64,000 nt of DNA, taken from an uncultured Acidobacteriota bacterium. GTDB lineage: Bacteria; Acidobacteriota; Vicinamibacteria; Vicinamibacterales; UBA8438. A model generated the notes under the pieces. It was not told the DNA's origin. It saw only the letters and a list, made by a program, of their open reading frames with translations, and searched no databases. The translations under genes and the position numbers were made by a program. The DNA lies in contig CAJWLU010000014.1 in the NCBI GenBank assembly GCA_913043225.1, positions 1-64,000 of the forward strand. Reading direction: 5' to 3'. The first letter of the stretch is position 1. Every line of letters begins with the position of its first letter. Positions 1-10,936 of this stretch are shown piece after piece.

Positions 1-307
1 CAATGTCGTAAATCAGCCCGAGTTCATAGATATTGACCGGGATCTCCGGGTCATACACCGTCGACAAGGCTTCAATCAGCTTCGGTTTCAGCTCGAGGGT
101 CTTGAGCGGGTCGACGTCGATCGGGTCGTGGGTCTCGGCCGGCGGGGGGGCCACCGGCTGTGGCGGGGGCGGCATCATGGGACGAGGCGGCGCGACCGGG
201 GGCGGCGTCATCTCCACCGAATCCGGAGCGGCCGCGTCGGCGGTGCCGGTGTCCGATCTGGGGTCGTCCTTGGGATCAGCCGAATCGTTGAGGTTGAAGA
301 TTCCCAC
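1..307 (-). CDS. sufT: SufT/DUF59 (MIP18-family) Fe-S assembly protein, runs off the window edge; Pro-rich N-terminal extension
   Basis: Not in the ORF track. Manual translation from GTG at 307 gives ...LIEALSTVYDPEIPVNIYELGLIYDI, the DUF59 signature. Starts 3 nt after the sufU stop. Confidence 0.85.
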   Translation of the reverse strand, partial: MGIFNLNDSADPKDDPRSDTGTADAAAPDSVEMTPPPVAPPRPMMPPPPQPVAPPPAETHDPIDVDPLKTLELKPKLIEALSTVYDPEIPVNIYELGLIYDI

Positions 308-310
308 AGT

Positions 311-757
311 TCACTCCGTCGACACGATGTCGTGATTGTCATCCACCGCAGCCCGAAGGGTGTGCCATGCCAGGATGGCGCACTTCACGCGGGCCGGATA
401 GTCGCGAACACCGGCAAACACCGCCAGCTTGCCGAGCGACGGGTCGACCAGCGCATTCTGATCAGTGACAAGCTGACGGAACCGCTCGAACATCGCCCGC
501 GCTTCGTCCAGACTCTTCCCTTTGACCCCCTCGGTCATGAGTGAGGCGGAGGCCTTCGAAATGGCGCAGCCAGACCCTTCGAATCGGACGTCAGTCAGCA
601 CGCCGTCCTCGACCTTGACCGCGATCGAGATCTTGTCGCCGCAGAGCGGGTTGTGGCCGTCGGCCTTGAGATCGGCGCCCTCGAGCGGCCCGAAGTTACG
701 CGGACTCCGGTTGTGGTCCAGAATCACTTCCTGATAGAGGTCGCGGAGGTCGCTCAT
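311..757 (-). CDS. sufU: SufU (SUF-system NifU-family sulfur-transfer protein)
   Basis: [25 protein letters not shown] and RVKCA motifs; ATGA overlap with sufS. Confidence 0.95.
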   Translation of the reverse strand: MSDLRDLYQEVILDHNRSPRNFGPLEGADLKADGHNPLCGDKISIAVKVEDGVLTDVRFEGSGCAISKASASLMTEGVKGKSLDEARAMFERFRQLVTDQNALVDPSLGKLAVFAGVRDYPARVKCAILAWHTLRAAVDDNHDIVSTE

Positions 758-2013
758 CCGAAGACCTCTCGCACCTTGGTCAGCGCCCCAACCAGCCGGT
801 CGATATCATCGGCGTTGTTGTACATCGCCAGAGAAGCGCGGGCGGTCGCGGGCACCCCGAATCGGTCCATCACGGGCTGGGTGCAGTGGTGCCCTGTGCG
901 AATCGCCACACCCTCAGTATCGACGATAGTGCCAATGTCGTGAGCGTGCACGCCGTCGAGCACGAACGATAGGATACTGGCCTTCTGCGGCGCCGTCCCG
1001 ATCAGGCGCAGACCGGGCACCGCAGTCAGGGCGTTGGTCGCATACTCGAGCAATCGTCGCTCATGCGCCACGATCGGTTCGAACCCGATGCTCGTCATAA
1101 AGTCGACAGCGGCGCCTAAACCGATGGCCCCTGCGATGTGAGGCGTACCCGCCTCGAACTTGTGGGGCACCTCGTTATAGGTGGTCTTGTCGAAGGTGAC
1201 GGAACTGATCATGTCGCCGCCTCCCTGGTAGGGCGGCATCGCATCGAGGAGGGTCCGCCGACCGTAGAGCGCGCCGATCCCGGTGGGACCGTAGAGCTTG
1301 TGTCCCGTCACCACATAGAAGTCGCAGCCCAGCGCCCGCACGTCCACTTTCATGTGATAGGCAGCCTGCGACCCGTCGACCAGCACCGGGACGTTCCGCG
1401 CATGGGCCCGTTCGACCACCTCGCGCACCGGATTCACAGTCCCCAGCGAGTTGGACATGTGCACGATCGACACGAGCTTCGTCCGCGGGCCGAGTAGGAC
1501 ATCCAGCTCATCGAGATCCAGTTCGCCCTGGTCGCTGATCGGCACCACCTTGAGCGTTGCACCCTTCTCCTCACAGAGCAGCTGCCACGGCACGATGTTC
1601 GAGTGATGCTCCATGGTCGAGATGACCACTTCGTCCCCCGCGCCCAAGGTGCTCCGGCCGAAGGTCTGGGCCACCAGGTTGATCCCTTCGGTAGCGTTGC
1701 GGGTGAAGACAATCTCGGACGGATCGGAAGCGTGGAGGAAGCGGGCCACCTTAGCGCGCGCGCCTTCGTAGGCGTCGGTGGCGACCTGGCTGAGCTGGTA
1801 CACGCCTCGGTGAATGTTCGCGTTCTCAGCCGCGTAGTAGCGCGACAGCCTGTCCAGCACGACCCGGGGTTTCTGGGTCGTGGCCGCGTTGTCGAGATAG
1901 ACCAGCGGCCGGTCGCCGACCATCGAGGTCAGGATCGGAAACTGCTCGCGGATCCGCGTTTCGTCCAGGACGTGAGCCGAATCCTCCGATTCGGTCCGTG
2001 CCACCCCGGTCAT
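754..2013 (-). CDS. sufS: Cysteine desulfurase SufS
   Basis: [21 protein letters not shown] (PLP lysine) and RTGHHCTQP (group II catalytic Cys). Confidence 0.97.
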   Translation of the reverse strand: MTGVARTESEDSAHVLDETRIREQFPILTSMVGDRPLVYLDNAATTQKPRVVLDRLSRYYAAENANIHRGVYQLSQVATDAYEGARAKVARFLHASDPSEIVFTRNATEGINLVAQTFGRSTLGAGDEVVISTMEHHSNIVPWQLLCEEKGATLKVVPISDQGELDLDELDVLLGPRTKLVSIVHMSNSLGTVNPVREVVERAHARNVPVLVDGSQAAYHMKVDVRALGCDFYVVTGHKLYGPTGIGALYGRRTLLDAMPPYQGGGDMISSVTFDKTTYNEVPHKFEAGTPHIAGAIGLGAAVDFMTSIGFEPIVAHERRLLEYATNALTAVPGLRLIGTAPQKASILSFVLDGVHAHDIGTIVDTEGVAIRTGHHCTQPVMDRFGVPATARASLAMYNNADDIDRLVGALTKVREVFG

Positions 2014-2018
2014 GCCCC

Positions 2019-3335
2019 TTAGCTCCCCACCGGCAGCCGTTCCAGCAACAGCGCGTCAAGCTGCTCGCGGATGGCACCCACCTTGATGTGTCCGAGCAAA
2101 TCTGCGGCGAAGGCGTGGACCAGCAGCTGCCGGGCCTGCTCCTCAGAAAGCGCCCGCGAGCGCAGATAGAACAGCGCCTCGTCGTCCAGCTGACCCACGG
2201 TGGCGCCGTGAGTGCACTTGACGTCGTCGGCGAAGATCTCCAACTGCGGCTTGGTCGTGACCTGGGCGCCCTCGGACAAGAGCAATGCCTTGTTCGACTG
2301 CTTCGCGTCGGTCTTCTGGGCATCCAGCCGCACGATGATCTTCCCGTTGAACACCGCCCGACTCTGACCGTCAAGGATGCCCTTGTAGAGCTCATGGCTA
2401 TCGCAGTGCGGCGTGGCGTGGTCGATAGTGGTCTGGTTGTCGACCAGCTGTCGTCCGGTGCCAAGATACAGCCCATTGAGCGTGCACTCGCCCCCTTCGC
2501 CGCCCAAGATTACCCGCGCCTCGTTCCGGACGATTGCGCCGCCGAGCGTGATGGCGTGCGACGAGAAGTTGCTCGCGCGTCCGAGGGTAGCCACCAGCTG
2601 GCCCACGTGGTAGCCGGCATCGGCCTCGCGCGCTACCACGTAGTGGTCCACGACGGCGTGATCCGCCACCCACATCTCACTCACGGCATTACTCAGGTAG
2701 GCGCCCTCGCCCGTGCCGGCATGGCTTTCGACCAGACACACCTGGCTGTTCGCGCCCGCGCTCACCACCACTCGCGGCTGACTCAGGACGGGTGCCGTGT
2801 CCGGACTCGTCACAAACAACAGGTGAATCGGTGTCTCCACCACGACCCCGTCGTCGACCTCGACGACCGCGCCATCACCCAAAAACGCCGTATTCAGTGC
2901 GGTAAACGCCTGCCCTGCGGCGCCGGCAAGCTGGCCCACCCGGCCGGCGACCGCGCCGGCCTGACCGGCGAGCATCTCGGCAAGTCCGGCGACCCGGACA
3001 CCATCGGGCAGGCCGGTCGTCGACGACAGGTCTGGCGCCAGCCGCCCATTCACGAACACGAGCTCTGCGCCGCCCAGTTGGGGGAGCTGGAGCCGGTCGA
3101 GTGACTCCCGGCTCAGCGACGAGGCGCCCTCTGGAGCCACGAACGGAATCTTGGTGATCGGCGCCACATTGGTGAAGCGCCACTCCTCGAGCCGGGTGGT
3201 CGGGAAGCCAAGCTGCTCGAACGACTGGAACGCGTCGCGGCGCATGTCGGCCAGCGGTGCCGGCAACGGCACGGCGCTGGACCAGGCGGCGAACTGCCCG
3301 GCATAATCGGGCGCCGCGGTAACTACCTGACTCAT
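2019..3335 (-). CDS. sufD: Fe-S cluster assembly protein SufD
   Basis: [29 protein letters not shown] and LFYLRSR. Confidence 0.96.
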   Translation of the reverse strand: MSQVVTAAPDYAGQFAAWSSAVPLPAPLADMRRDAFQSFEQLGFPTTRLEEWRFTNVAPITKIPFVAPEGASSLSRESLDRLQLPQLGGAELVFVNGRLAPDLSSTTGLPDGVRVAGLAEMLAGQAGAVAGRVGQLAGAAGQAFTALNTAFLGDGAVVEVDDGVVVETPIHLLFVTSPDTAPVLSQPRVVVSAGANSQVCLVESHAGTGEGAYLSNAVSEMWVADHAVVDHYVVAREADAGYHVGQLVATLGRASNFSSHAITLGGAIVRNEARVILGGEGGECTLNGLYLGTGRQLVDNQTTIDHATPHCDSHELYKGILDGQSRAVFNGKIIVRLDAQKTDAKQSNKALLLSEGAQVTTKPQLEIFADDVKCTHGATVGQLDDEALFYLRSRALSEEQARQLLVHAFAADLLGHIKVGAIREQLDALLLERLPVGS

Positions 3336-3372
3336 CTTCTGACTGCTACTTTCTGACGAAAGAACCCTGCGG

Positions 3373-4128
3373 CTATACGACCGCCGGCGCGGACTCGATC
3401 CACCCGTAGCCCTTCTCCTCGAGCTCGAGCGCCAGCTCCTTGCCGCCGGACTTGACGATCCGGCCGCCGGACAGCACGTGCACGAAGTCGGGCACGATGT
3501 AGTGGAGCAGGCGCTGGTAGTGGGTAACCACCACCATCGAACGCTCCGGGCTGCGCATGGCGTTCACACCGTTGGCGACGATCTTCAGCGCGTCGATATC
3601 GAGTCCCGAATCGGTCTCGTCGAGAATCGCGAGCGAGGGTTCTAGCACGGCCAGCTGGAAGATCTCGTTCCGCTTCTTCTCGCCTCCGGAGAATCCCTCG
3701 TTCACCGGCCGGTTCAACAGCGTGTCATCCATCTCTAGTAGCTGCATCCGCTCCCGGATCAGCGTCATGAAGTCCATCGCGTCGAGCTCCGGCTCGCCGC
3801 GGTGCTTGCGCACCTCATTGAGCGCCGCCTTGAGGAGATAGGCGTTGTTCACGCCCGGAATCTCGACCGGATACTGGAACGCTAAAAAGACCCCCTCGCG
3901 GGCCCGCTCTTCCGGTTCGAGTTCCAGTAGGTCCTGCTCCTTGAAGGTGGCGCTGCCGCCCGTGACCTCGAGCCCGTCGCGCCCCGCTAGCACCCCGGCC
4001 AGCGTGCTTTTTCCTGACCCGTTGGGTCCCATGATGGCGTGCACCTCGCCCGGGTTCACCTTCAGGTCGATCCCCTTGAGAATCTCCCGCTGCCCGGCCG
4101 AGGCCTGCAGATTGCTTACTTCGAGCAT
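3373..4128 (-). CDS. sufC: Fe-S cluster assembly ATPase SufC
   Basis: Walker A GPNGSGKST, FLAFQYPVEIPGV, GFSGGEKKRNE and LDETDSGLDIDAL. ATG at 4128 preferred over GTG at 4140. Confidence 0.97.
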   Translation of the reverse strand: MLEVSNLQASAGQREILKGIDLKVNPGEVHAIMGPNGSGKSTLAGVLAGRDGLEVTGGSATFKEQDLLELEPEERAREGVFLAFQYPVEIPGVNNAYLLKAALNEVRKHRGEPELDAMDFMTLIRERMQLLEMDDTLLNRPVNEGFSGGEKKRNEIFQLAVLEPSLAILDETDSGLDIDALKIVANGVNAMRSPERSMVVVTHYQRLLHYIVPDFVHVLSGGRIVKSGGKELALELEEKGYGWIESAPAVV

Positions 4129-4173
4129 TTTGTCTCTCACTACCCAGGAATGTACGGAAGACGACGATGGTAC

Positions 4174-5616
4174 CTAGCCGACGCTGCCCTCGAGGCTGAT
4201 GCTCAAAAGCTTCTGCGCCTCGACCGCGAACTCCATCGGCAACTCGCGGAACACCTCCTTGCAGAACCCGTTGACGATCAGGTTCACGGCGTCCTCAGTC
4301 GAGAGTCCGCGCTGCCGACAGTAGAAGATTTGGTCTTCACCAATCTTCGAAGTGGAGGCCTCGTGCTCGACCTGCGAGGAAGTGTTCTTCACCTCAAGAT
4401 AGGGAAAGGTGTGCGCCCCGCAGCGGTCGCCGATCAACAGGGAGTCGCACTGGGAGAAGTTGCGGGCGCTGGTCGCTCCCTTGCCGATCCGCACCAACCC
4501 TCGATAGGTGTTCTGGCCCAGTCCGGCCGAAATGCCCTTGGAGATGATCGTGCTCCTGGTGTTCTTGCCTAGGTGCACCATCTTCGTCCCGGTATCGGCC
4601 TGCTGACGGTTGTTGGTCACGGCGACCGAGTAGAACTCGCCGACCGAGTTGTCACCCTGGAGGATGCAGCTCGGGTACTTCCAAGTGATTGCGGATCCGG
4701 TCTCCACCTGGGTCCAGGTGATCTTGGCGTTGTCGAACGCCGTGCCCCGCTTGGTGACGAAGTTGTAGATACCGCCCTTCCCTTCGGCGTCACCCGGATA
4801 CCAGTTCTGGACCGTCGAGTACTTGATGGTGGCGCCCTCGAGCGCGACGAGCTCCACGACGGCGGCGTGTAGCTGGTTCTCGTCCCGCTGCGGCGCGGTA
4901 CATCCCTCGAGGTAGCTGACCTCGGCGCCCTCGTCGGCCACCAGCAGGGTCCGTTCGAACTGCCCGGTGTTGGCAGCGTTGATCCGGAAGTAGGTCGACA
5001 GCTCCATCGGGCACTTCACCCCCTTGGGGATGTAGGCAAACGAACCGTCGGAGAAGACCGCGGAGTTCAGCGCCGCGAAGAAGTTGTCGCTGTGCGGCAC
5101 CACCGTGCCGAGATACTTCCGGACGAGCTCGGGATGGTCGCGGACCGCCTCGGAGAACGAGCAGAAGATGATGCCCAGGTTCGCCAGCGTGCCCTTGAAC
5201 GTGGTGGCGACCGACACACTGTCGAAGACCGCGTCGACGGCCACTCCCGACAGCCGCTTCTGCTCATCGAGTGAGATGCCGAGTTTGTCGAACGTCGCCC
5301 GGATTTCAGGGTCGACGTCGTCGAGGCTCTCCAGCTGCTTTTTCTGCTTCGGTGCCGAGTAATAGCTGATGTCCTGGTAATCAACCTTGTTGTAGTGGAC
5401 GTTGTGCCACTCCGGCTCGCTCATCTTCGACCAGACACGGAACGCGTTCAGCCGCCACTCAAGCAACCATTCAGGCTCCTGCTTAATGGCCGAGATCCGG
5501 CGGATGACGTCCTCGCTGAGCCCCTTCGGGATGGTCTCCTGCTCGACGTCAGTGACGAATCCGTACTTGTACTCTTGCTTGGCGAGCTCTTCAACGGTCT
5601 GGGTCGCAGTGCTCAT
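4174..5616 (-). CDS. sufB: Fe-S cluster assembly protein SufB
   Basis: [30 protein letters not shown] and [12 protein letters not shown] at 5616 preferred. Confidence 0.97.
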   Translation of the reverse strand: MSTATQTVEELAKQEYKYGFVTDVEQETIPKGLSEDVIRRISAIKQEPEWLLEWRLNAFRVWSKMSEPEWHNVHYNKVDYQDISYYSAPKQKKQLESLDDVDPEIRATFDKLGISLDEQKRLSGVAVDAVFDSVSVATTFKGTLANLGIIFCSFSEAVRDHPELVRKYLGTVVPHSDNFFAALNSAVFSDGSFAYIPKGVKCPMELSTYFRINAANTGQFERTLLVADEGAEVSYLEGCTAPQRDENQLHAAVVELVALEGATIKYSTVQNWYPGDAEGKGGIYNFVTKRGTAFDNAKITWTQVETGSAITWKYPSCILQGDNSVGEFYSVAVTNNRQQADTGTKMVHLGKNTRSTIISKGISAGLGQNTYRGLVRIGKGATSARNFSQCDSLLIGDRCGAHTFPYLEVKNTSSQVEHEASTSKIGEDQIFYCRQRGLSTEDAVNLIVNGFCKEVFRELPMEFAVEAQKLLSISLEGSVG

Positions 5617-5731
5617 AACGTTCCCTGCAGCCACGGGGACGCCCGTCTCCTGACGGGTCCCGCAACGTGTCTTCGGTGATGGCCAGTAGGTGGCAGGCCG
5701 TGTGACGAGGGCGTCAACCCGCCCCGGATTT

Positions 5732-5756
5732 ATTCCCGACCGAAACGGTCGTATAT
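5732..5756. promoter_or_regulatory. Putative Rrf2-family (IscR type-1-like) operator upstream of sufB
   Basis: ATTCCCGACCGAAACGGTCGTATAT is a 25-bp dyad. On the minus strand it reads ATA-N3-GAC-N7-GTC-N3-AAT, the geometry of the IscR type-1 site. Confidence 0.6.
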
Positions 5757-5815
5757 AAGCGTATCACGCTGTGGGATCTAGAGAAAGCCCTCGGGAACTC
5801 CTCGACGATGGTGGC

Positions 5816-7519
5816 TCAGCCCGTGCCGGCCGACCGGCTGCCGGCACTCAGCACCAGCCCCACGACGATCACGACCACCGCGCCGATGACGTTGTACCAG
5901 ATGAAGGAAATCTCGGTCGTGGCCTCGACCAGCGCCACGACCGCCATGCCCGATAGCAGCCCCCAGAACGCCCCCGTGCCGGTGGCTCGCCGGAAGATGA
6001 TGGCCAGCCCGAACACCCCGAGCAGCGATCCGTAGAAATACGAACCGACCTGGTTCACCACCTCGATGAGCGAGCCCAAATTCGCCGCATACAGGGCAAA
6101 CACCGTGGCGAAGATACCCCAGAACGCAGTGGAGAGCTTGGACATCACCAAATAGTGGCGATCGGTGGCTCCGGGCCGAAGATGCCGACGGTAGAGGTCG
6201 ATGACCGTGGCGGCCGACAGCGCGTTCAACTCCGCCGCGATACTCGACATAGCGGCGGCGAAGATGGCAGCGATCAGCAGGCCGACCAGCCCGATCGGCA
6301 GCTGGGTGGTAATGAAGGTCGGAAACACGTAGTTAACATCGTTGTAGTCGTCGTCGCCCAGGTCGGGCACGGCGACCGCCGCAACGGCTTCGGCCCGGGC
6401 TCGAACCTCAAGCAGCCGATCCTGGCTAGCGACGTAGGCGTCTCGGGCCGCCGCCGTCGCTGACACATCGCCTGACCGACGAGCCAAGATCATCCCACTT
6501 GCCGCATTCCGGCGAGCCGCAAAGGCCTCCCCGAACTCTTCCTCTATCCGGGCATACGCCCCGGCATGGCTCCCGGCCCTGATGGCGTCTTCGTGGGCTC
6601 GGTTGAAGAGGGTGGGCGGCTGGTTGAACAGATAGAAGACGAAGACCAACACCCCGGTGAGCAGAATCAGCGCCTGGAGCGGAATCTTCCAGAAGGCGCT
6701 CATCAGCAGGGAGCGCCGGCCAGCATCGACGGACTTCGCCGTCAGATAGCGTTGCACCTGGCTCTGGTCGCACCCGAAGTAGCCCAGCATCAGGAACAGC
6801 CCACCGAACAGACCCGACCAGAAGGTGTAGGTCTCGTTCGGATCCAGGCTGAAGTCGATCGTGGTCAGTCGACCGCTCGCTCCAGCCACTCGCAGGGCGT
6901 CGCCGAGGCCGACCTCGTCCGGCAAGCCGAGTAACAACATGACCACAGCGGCGAAGACACCACCCACGATGACGAACATCTGCTTCACGTCGGCCCAGGT
7001 GACGGCCTGCACCCCGCCGAACATCGTGTACACGGTCGTCGGCACACCGATGGCTATCGCCGTGATGACGAGGTTCCACCCCAGCACGATCGACAGCACC
7101 ACTGCTGGAGCGGAAATGACCACGCCGACCGCCAGCCCGCGGGACACGAGGAACAGGATGCTGGCCAGCGCTCGGGTCTTGGCGTCGAACCGACGCTCCA
7201 GATACTCGTAGGCGGTGATTACCCCGGCTCTGTAAAGGAACGGGACGAGGGTAACCGACAGAATCACCATCGCTAGCGGCAGCCCGAAGTAGAACTGGAC
7301 GAACCGCATCCCGTCGTCGTAGCCCTGGCCAGTCGTGCCCACCAGCGTGATGGCGCTCATCTGGGTAGCCATCACCGACAGCCCGACCGCCCACCAGGGC
7401 AGCGAACGCCCGGCCAGGAAGTAGCCCTCCACCGCGTCGGTGTTCTTGGAACGACGGATGCCGTCGACGATGACCCAGGCCAAATACCCGGCGATGATCA
7501 GCCAGTCGAGAGGATGCAT
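5816..7519 (-). CDS. Sodium:solute symporter (SSS family)
   Basis: [20 protein letters not shown] and AAAMSS motifs; many TM segments. Confidence 0.93.
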   Translation of the reverse strand: MHPLDWLIIAGYLAWVIVDGIRRSKNTDAVEGYFLAGRSLPWWAVGLSVMATQMSAITLVGTTGQGYDDGMRFVQFYFGLPLAMVILSVTLVPFLYRAGVITAYEYLERRFDAKTRALASILFLVSRGLAVGVVISAPAVVLSIVLGWNLVITAIAIGVPTTVYTMFGGVQAVTWADVKQMFVIVGGVFAAVVMLLLGLPDEVGLGDALRVAGASGRLTTIDFSLDPNETYTFWSGLFGGLFLMLGYFGCDQSQVQRYLTAKSVDAGRRSLLMSAFWKIPLQALILLTGVLVFVFYLFNQPPTLFNRAHEDAIRAGSHAGAYARIEEEFGEAFAARRNAASGMILARRSGDVSATAAARDAYVASQDRLLEVRARAEAVAAVAVPDLGDDDYNDVNYVFPTFITTQLPIGLVGLLIAAIFAAAMSSIAAELNALSAATVIDLYRRHLRPGATDRHYLVMSKLSTAFWGIFATVFALYAANLGSLIEVVNQVGSYFYGSLLGVFGLAIIFRRATGTGAFWGLLSGMAVVALVEATTEISFIWYNVIGAVVVIVVGLVLSAGSRSAGTG

Positions 7520-7533
7520 GACAGACGGGCAGG

Positions 7534-7689
7534 TCAGGGGCCGGTAAAATAGCTCGCGAAGAACCAGAGCGCCATCAACGTCGCCACCTCGACCAACAAC
7601 ACCGCCACGTAGGTCCGTCCGAGCGGGTGGTCGCCGCGGGTATCGAAGAAACGGGGCGCTTCGGCCGGGTCTGGAGAAGGCTTGGGCAT
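7534..7689 (-). CDS. Small single-TM protein (51 aa) directly upstream of the symporter
   Basis: [57 protein letters not shown] -10-like box upstream; stop 14 nt before the SSS start. Confidence 0.65.
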   Translation of the reverse strand: MPKPSPDPAEAPRFFDTRGDHPLGRTYVAVLLVEVATLMALWFFASYFTGP

Positions 7690-7773
7690 GCGACTGATCC
7701 CGCAGTATAGCGCCGGGGAGTCGCCGGCCTTGACGACAATCCGGAGGACATATCCGTGCGCCCCGGATCGGGG

Positions 7774-7802
7774 TTGCACCTCCTCAGGTGCGCCGATAGA
7801 AT
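7774..7802 (+). promoter_or_regulatory. sigma70-type promoter of the cox operon
   Basis: TTGCAC-N17-TAGAAT. Confidence 0.55.
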
Positions 7803-7917
7803 TGCGCGGGCGCCAGGGGGCTTGTGAATATAGGCACTTACTAGACGCCGCCGTCCGACGGTGGCGCGTCGCGGGTGTCGACCGTCGTTTCCGGGAAGTC
7901 AAGAAAGGAGTCACGAG

Positions 7918-9690
7918 TTGGAGAACGTGACGACCGCCGAACAGGTATCGCACGCCGAGCACGGGCACGACGAGCATCACGAGCTGAGTTTTCTTCAGTC
8001 CTACGTTTTCTCGTTGGACCACAAGGTGATCGGCATCCAGTACGCCATCACCGCCATGCTCTTCCTGCTACTGGGCTTCACCCTGATGATGATCATGCGG
8101 TGGCAGCTGGCGTTCCCCTACACGCCGATCCCCGTGATCGGCGGGCTGTTGGGCCAGAACAACGCGCAGTTCATCGCACCGGAGTTCTACAACAGCCTGG
8201 GCGCCATGCACGGCACCATCATGGTGTTCCTGGGCGTCGTGCCCCTCGCCGTGGGCGGATTCGGGAACTACGTGCTCCCGCTGCAGATCGGCGCGCCCGA
8301 CATGGCGTTCCCGCGGCTGAACATGGCCAGCTACTGGACGTTCTTCTGTGGCGGCGTCGTGATGTTCGCCAGCTTTTTCGTCCCGGGTGGCGCAGCCAAC
8401 TCCGGGTGGACGTCGTACGCGCCGCTCTCGGTCATCGCCACCGAGGGACAGACCTGGTGGCTGGTGGGGATGATCTTCCTCATCACGTCGTCGCTCCTGG
8501 GCTCGGTCAACTTCATCGTCACGACTCTGCAACTGCGGGCCCCGGGACTCAGCTTCATGCGCCTGCCGTTTTTCGTCTGGGCGCAGCTCGTGACATCGTT
8601 CCTGCTGCTGCTCGCCTTTCCGCCCCTCGAGGCTGCCGGTGTGATGCAGCTCATGGACCGGGTCGCCGACACCAGCTTCTTCATGCCGGCCGGACTGGTC
8701 ACCGGTGACGGCCCGCTCGAGATCAGTGGCGGCGGCAGCCCGCTACTGTGGCAGCACCTGTTCTGGTTCTTAGCCCACCCGGAGGTCTACGTCCTGATCC
8801 TCCCGGCCATGGGCATCGTTGCCGAGGTGCTTGCCAACAACACCCGTAAGCCACTCTGGGGCTACCGGGTGCTGGTGGCCTCGGTCATCTTCCTCGGCTT
8901 CATGTCGTTCATCGTCTGGGCCCACCACATGTTCATGACCGGGATGGGCACGACGATGAGCTCGTTCTTCCAGACCACCACGATGATCATCTCGGTGCCA
9001 TCGGTGGTCATTCTGTCGGCGCTGCTGATCTCTCTCTACGGCGGCTCGATACGCTATCCAGTCCCGATGCTGTTCGCCTTGGCCTTCCTGCCGATGTTCG
9101 CCATCGGCGGGCTGACCGGACTGCCGCTGGGGCTGACCGCGCCAGACCTCCATTTCCACGACACCTACTACGTCATCGGACACTTCCACTACGTGGTGGC
9201 GCCAGGCACGATCTTCGCGCTGTTCGCCGGGATCTATTACTGGTACCCGAAGGCGACCGGGCGGGTAATGAGCGAGCTGCTCGGCAAGATCCACTTCTGG
9301 GGCTCGTTTATCGCGATCCAGTTCGTGTTCACACCAATGTTCATCACCGGCCTGGCCGGTATGAACCGCCGTCTCTATGACGGCGGCCTGGAGTATGCGC
9401 ACCTCCAGGAGGTCGTGGGCTGGAACGCGACAATGTCCTACGGCGCGTGGACGCTTGGGTTCTTCCAGATCTTCTTCATCTTCAACTTCTTCTGGAGCAT
9501 CCGGAACGGCAAGAAGGTGGATGACAACCCGTGGAAGGCGACCACGCTCGAGTGGCAGGCTCCGTCACCACCGCCGCATGGCAACTTCACCTCACCGCCC
9601 GAGGTACACCGCGGCCCTTACGAGTACAGCGTGCCTGGTGCCGACAAGGACTTCACGATGCAGGGCGAGGCCGACCCCGCAAAGGCGTAA
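7918..9690 (+). CDS. coxA: Heme-copper oxidase subunit I, A family
   Basis: DHKVIG, MHGTIM, DMAFPRLN, HPEVY, WAHHM, HDTYYVIGHFHYV and GMNRR. TTG start after an AAGGAG SD. Confidence 0.95.
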   Translation: MENVTTAEQVSHAEHGHDEHHELSFLQSYVFSLDHKVIGIQYAITAMLFLLLGFTLMMIMRWQLAFPYTPIPVIGGLLGQNNAQFIAPEFYNSLGAMHGTIMVFLGVVPLAVGGFGNYVLPLQIGAPDMAFPRLNMASYWTFFCGGVVMFASFFVPGGAANSGWTSYAPLSVIATEGQTWWLVGMIFLITSSLLGSVNFIVTTLQLRAPGLSFMRLPFFVWAQLVTSFLLLLAFPPLEAAGVMQLMDRVADTSFFMPAGLVTGDGPLEISGGGSPLLWQHLFWFLAHPEVYVLILPAMGIVAEVLANNTRKPLWGYRVLVASVIFLGFMSFIVWAHHMFMTGMGTTMSSFFQTTTMIISVPSVVILSALLISLYGGSIRYPVPMLFALAFLPMFAIGGLTGLPLGLTAPDLHFHDTYYVIGHFHYVVAPGTIFALFAGIYYWYPKATGRVMSELLGKIHFWGSFIAIQFVFTPMFITGLAGMNRRLYDGGLEYAHLQEVVGWNATMSYGAWTLGFFQIFFIFNFFWSIRNGKKVDDNPWKATTLEWQAPSPPPHGNFTSPPEVHRGPYEYSVPGADKDFTMQGEADPAKA

Positions 9691-9709
9691 CCCGAAGGTG
9701 TGATCCGTC

Positions 9710-10300
9710 ATGGAAATTCCGTATACCGTCGCTGAACGGCCAGACACTGGCGTCAACAACGTCAAGCTCGGCATCTGGCTGTTCCTCGCCTCAGAGGTCA
9801 TGCTGTTCGGTGGCTTGTTCTCGACCTACGTCATCCTCCGCCTGGGCGGGACTGACTGGCCGTTGGGTTCGGACATCCTGAGCGTGCCGATCGGCACCTT
9901 CAACACCGCTGTCCTGATTGGGTCGAGTGTGACCATGGTCATGGCGCACGCTTCTCTCAAGATGAACCAGTTTGACCAGTTCAAGAAATACATGGGCCTC
10001 ACCGTTCTCCTGGCCCTGGTTTTCCTCACGGTGAAAAGCTACGAGTATTTCGACAAGATCTCGCACGGCGACCTGCCGAGCGCGTCGACCTTCCTGGCGA
10101 TCTACTGGACGATGACCGCGCTGCACGGGCTGCACATCATCGGCGGCGTTGTGGTGAACGGCTACTTCTGGGGCCCTGGTAGCAAGATGTTCCACTCTAG
10201 GCCCGAGATGTTCGCCAACCGGGTCGAGGCGGCGGGCCTCTATTGGCACTTCGTCGACCTCGTCTGGATTTTCCTGTTCCCGGTGCTCTATCTACTGTAG
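9710..10300 (+). CDS. coxC: Cytochrome c oxidase subunit III (short form)
   Basis: WLFLASEVMLF, HGLHII and YWHFVDLVWIFLFP. Confidence 0.95.
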   Translation: MEIPYTVAERPDTGVNNVKLGIWLFLASEVMLFGGLFSTYVILRLGGTDWPLGSDILSVPIGTFNTAVLIGSSVTMVMAHASLKMNQFDQFKKYMGLTVLLALVFLTVKSYEYFDKISHGDLPSASTFLAIYWTMTALHGLHIIGGVVVNGYFWGPGSKMFHSRPEMFANRVEAAGLYWHFVDLVWIFLFPVLYLL

Positions 10301-10355
10301 CAACCGACAGCCCCAGGACAGGCATCAGGAAACAGAAGAAAGTAGGTAGGTAGTC

Positions 10356-10703
10356 ATGAGCGGAAGCCACGACGATACCCAGCATCACATCAGCGCCTAC
10401 AGGAAGGTGGCCGGGGCCCTGGCGGTCCTGACGGTGGTCACGGTGCTGGCGTCGTATATCGAGGTCGGGGTCGCGCTGGGCATCGTGCTCGCGTTGATCA
10501 TCGCCACCACCAAGGGCTCGCTAGTCGCCAGTGTGTTCATGCATCTCAAGGACGAGAAGAGCCTGTGGCTCACCGGCACCCTGATCCTGACGGTGGTGTT
10601 CTGGTTCGTGCTGATGCTAATTCCGATCATGGGTCGGATGGACAACGTCGGCACCTACAAGCCACTGCCAAATGCCAACGCCGTGGCCCACGAGGCGCAT
10701 TGA
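10356..10703 (+). CDS. coxD: Cytochrome c oxidase subunit IV family protein
   Basis: KGSLVASVFMHLK motif, three TM helices, position after subunit III. Confidence 0.88.
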   Translation: MSGSHDDTQHHISAYRKVAGALAVLTVVTVLASYIEVGVALGIVLALIIATTKGSLVASVFMHLKDEKSLWLTGTLILTVVFWFVLMLIPIMGRMDNVGTYKPLPNANAVAHEAH

Positions 10704-10715
10704 TCGAGCGACACG

Positions 10716-10922
10716 ATGTCGTTGCGCAGCTTCCACCTATTCTTCATAGTCGCCTCGATCGCCATCTCACTGATGATGGGGGTCTGGGGTGGGATCACCT
10801 ACGGGTCGATTCGGGGCTCGGTGTGGCATCTGGTCACAGCCCTCGGGTCAGTGACCACCGCGGGGCTACTGGCGCTTTACTTGAGCAAGTTCATCAAGAA
10901 AACGAAGGAACTCGGCTACTGA
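10716..10922 (+). CDS. Small two-TM membrane protein in the cox operon
   Basis: MSLRSFHLFFI..., two hydrophobic segments, tight operon spacing. Confidence 0.7.
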   Translation: MSLRSFHLFFIVASIAISLMMGVWGGITYGSIRGSVWHLVTALGSVTTAGLLALYLSKFIKKTKELGY

Positions 10923-10936
10923 GGAACGAGGGCCTC

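Noticed and set aside
1998..3104. Long antisense or alternate-frame ORFs (for example 1998-3104 +, 6426-7394 -, 36857-37822 +, 57782-58687 -)
   Set aside because: They overlap well-supported genes, lack recognisable motifs, and are expected shadows of high-GC codon usage.
7822..7839. Rex-like operator TTGTGAA-TATA-GGCACTT downstream of the cox promoter
   Set aside because: Only one half-site matches TTGTGAA-N4-TTCACAA well, which is insufficient without comparative data.
7690..8022. 162-aa version of the ORF 7534-8022
   Set aside because: The upstream part overlaps the cox promoter and the coxA start; only the last 51 codons look like a real protein.
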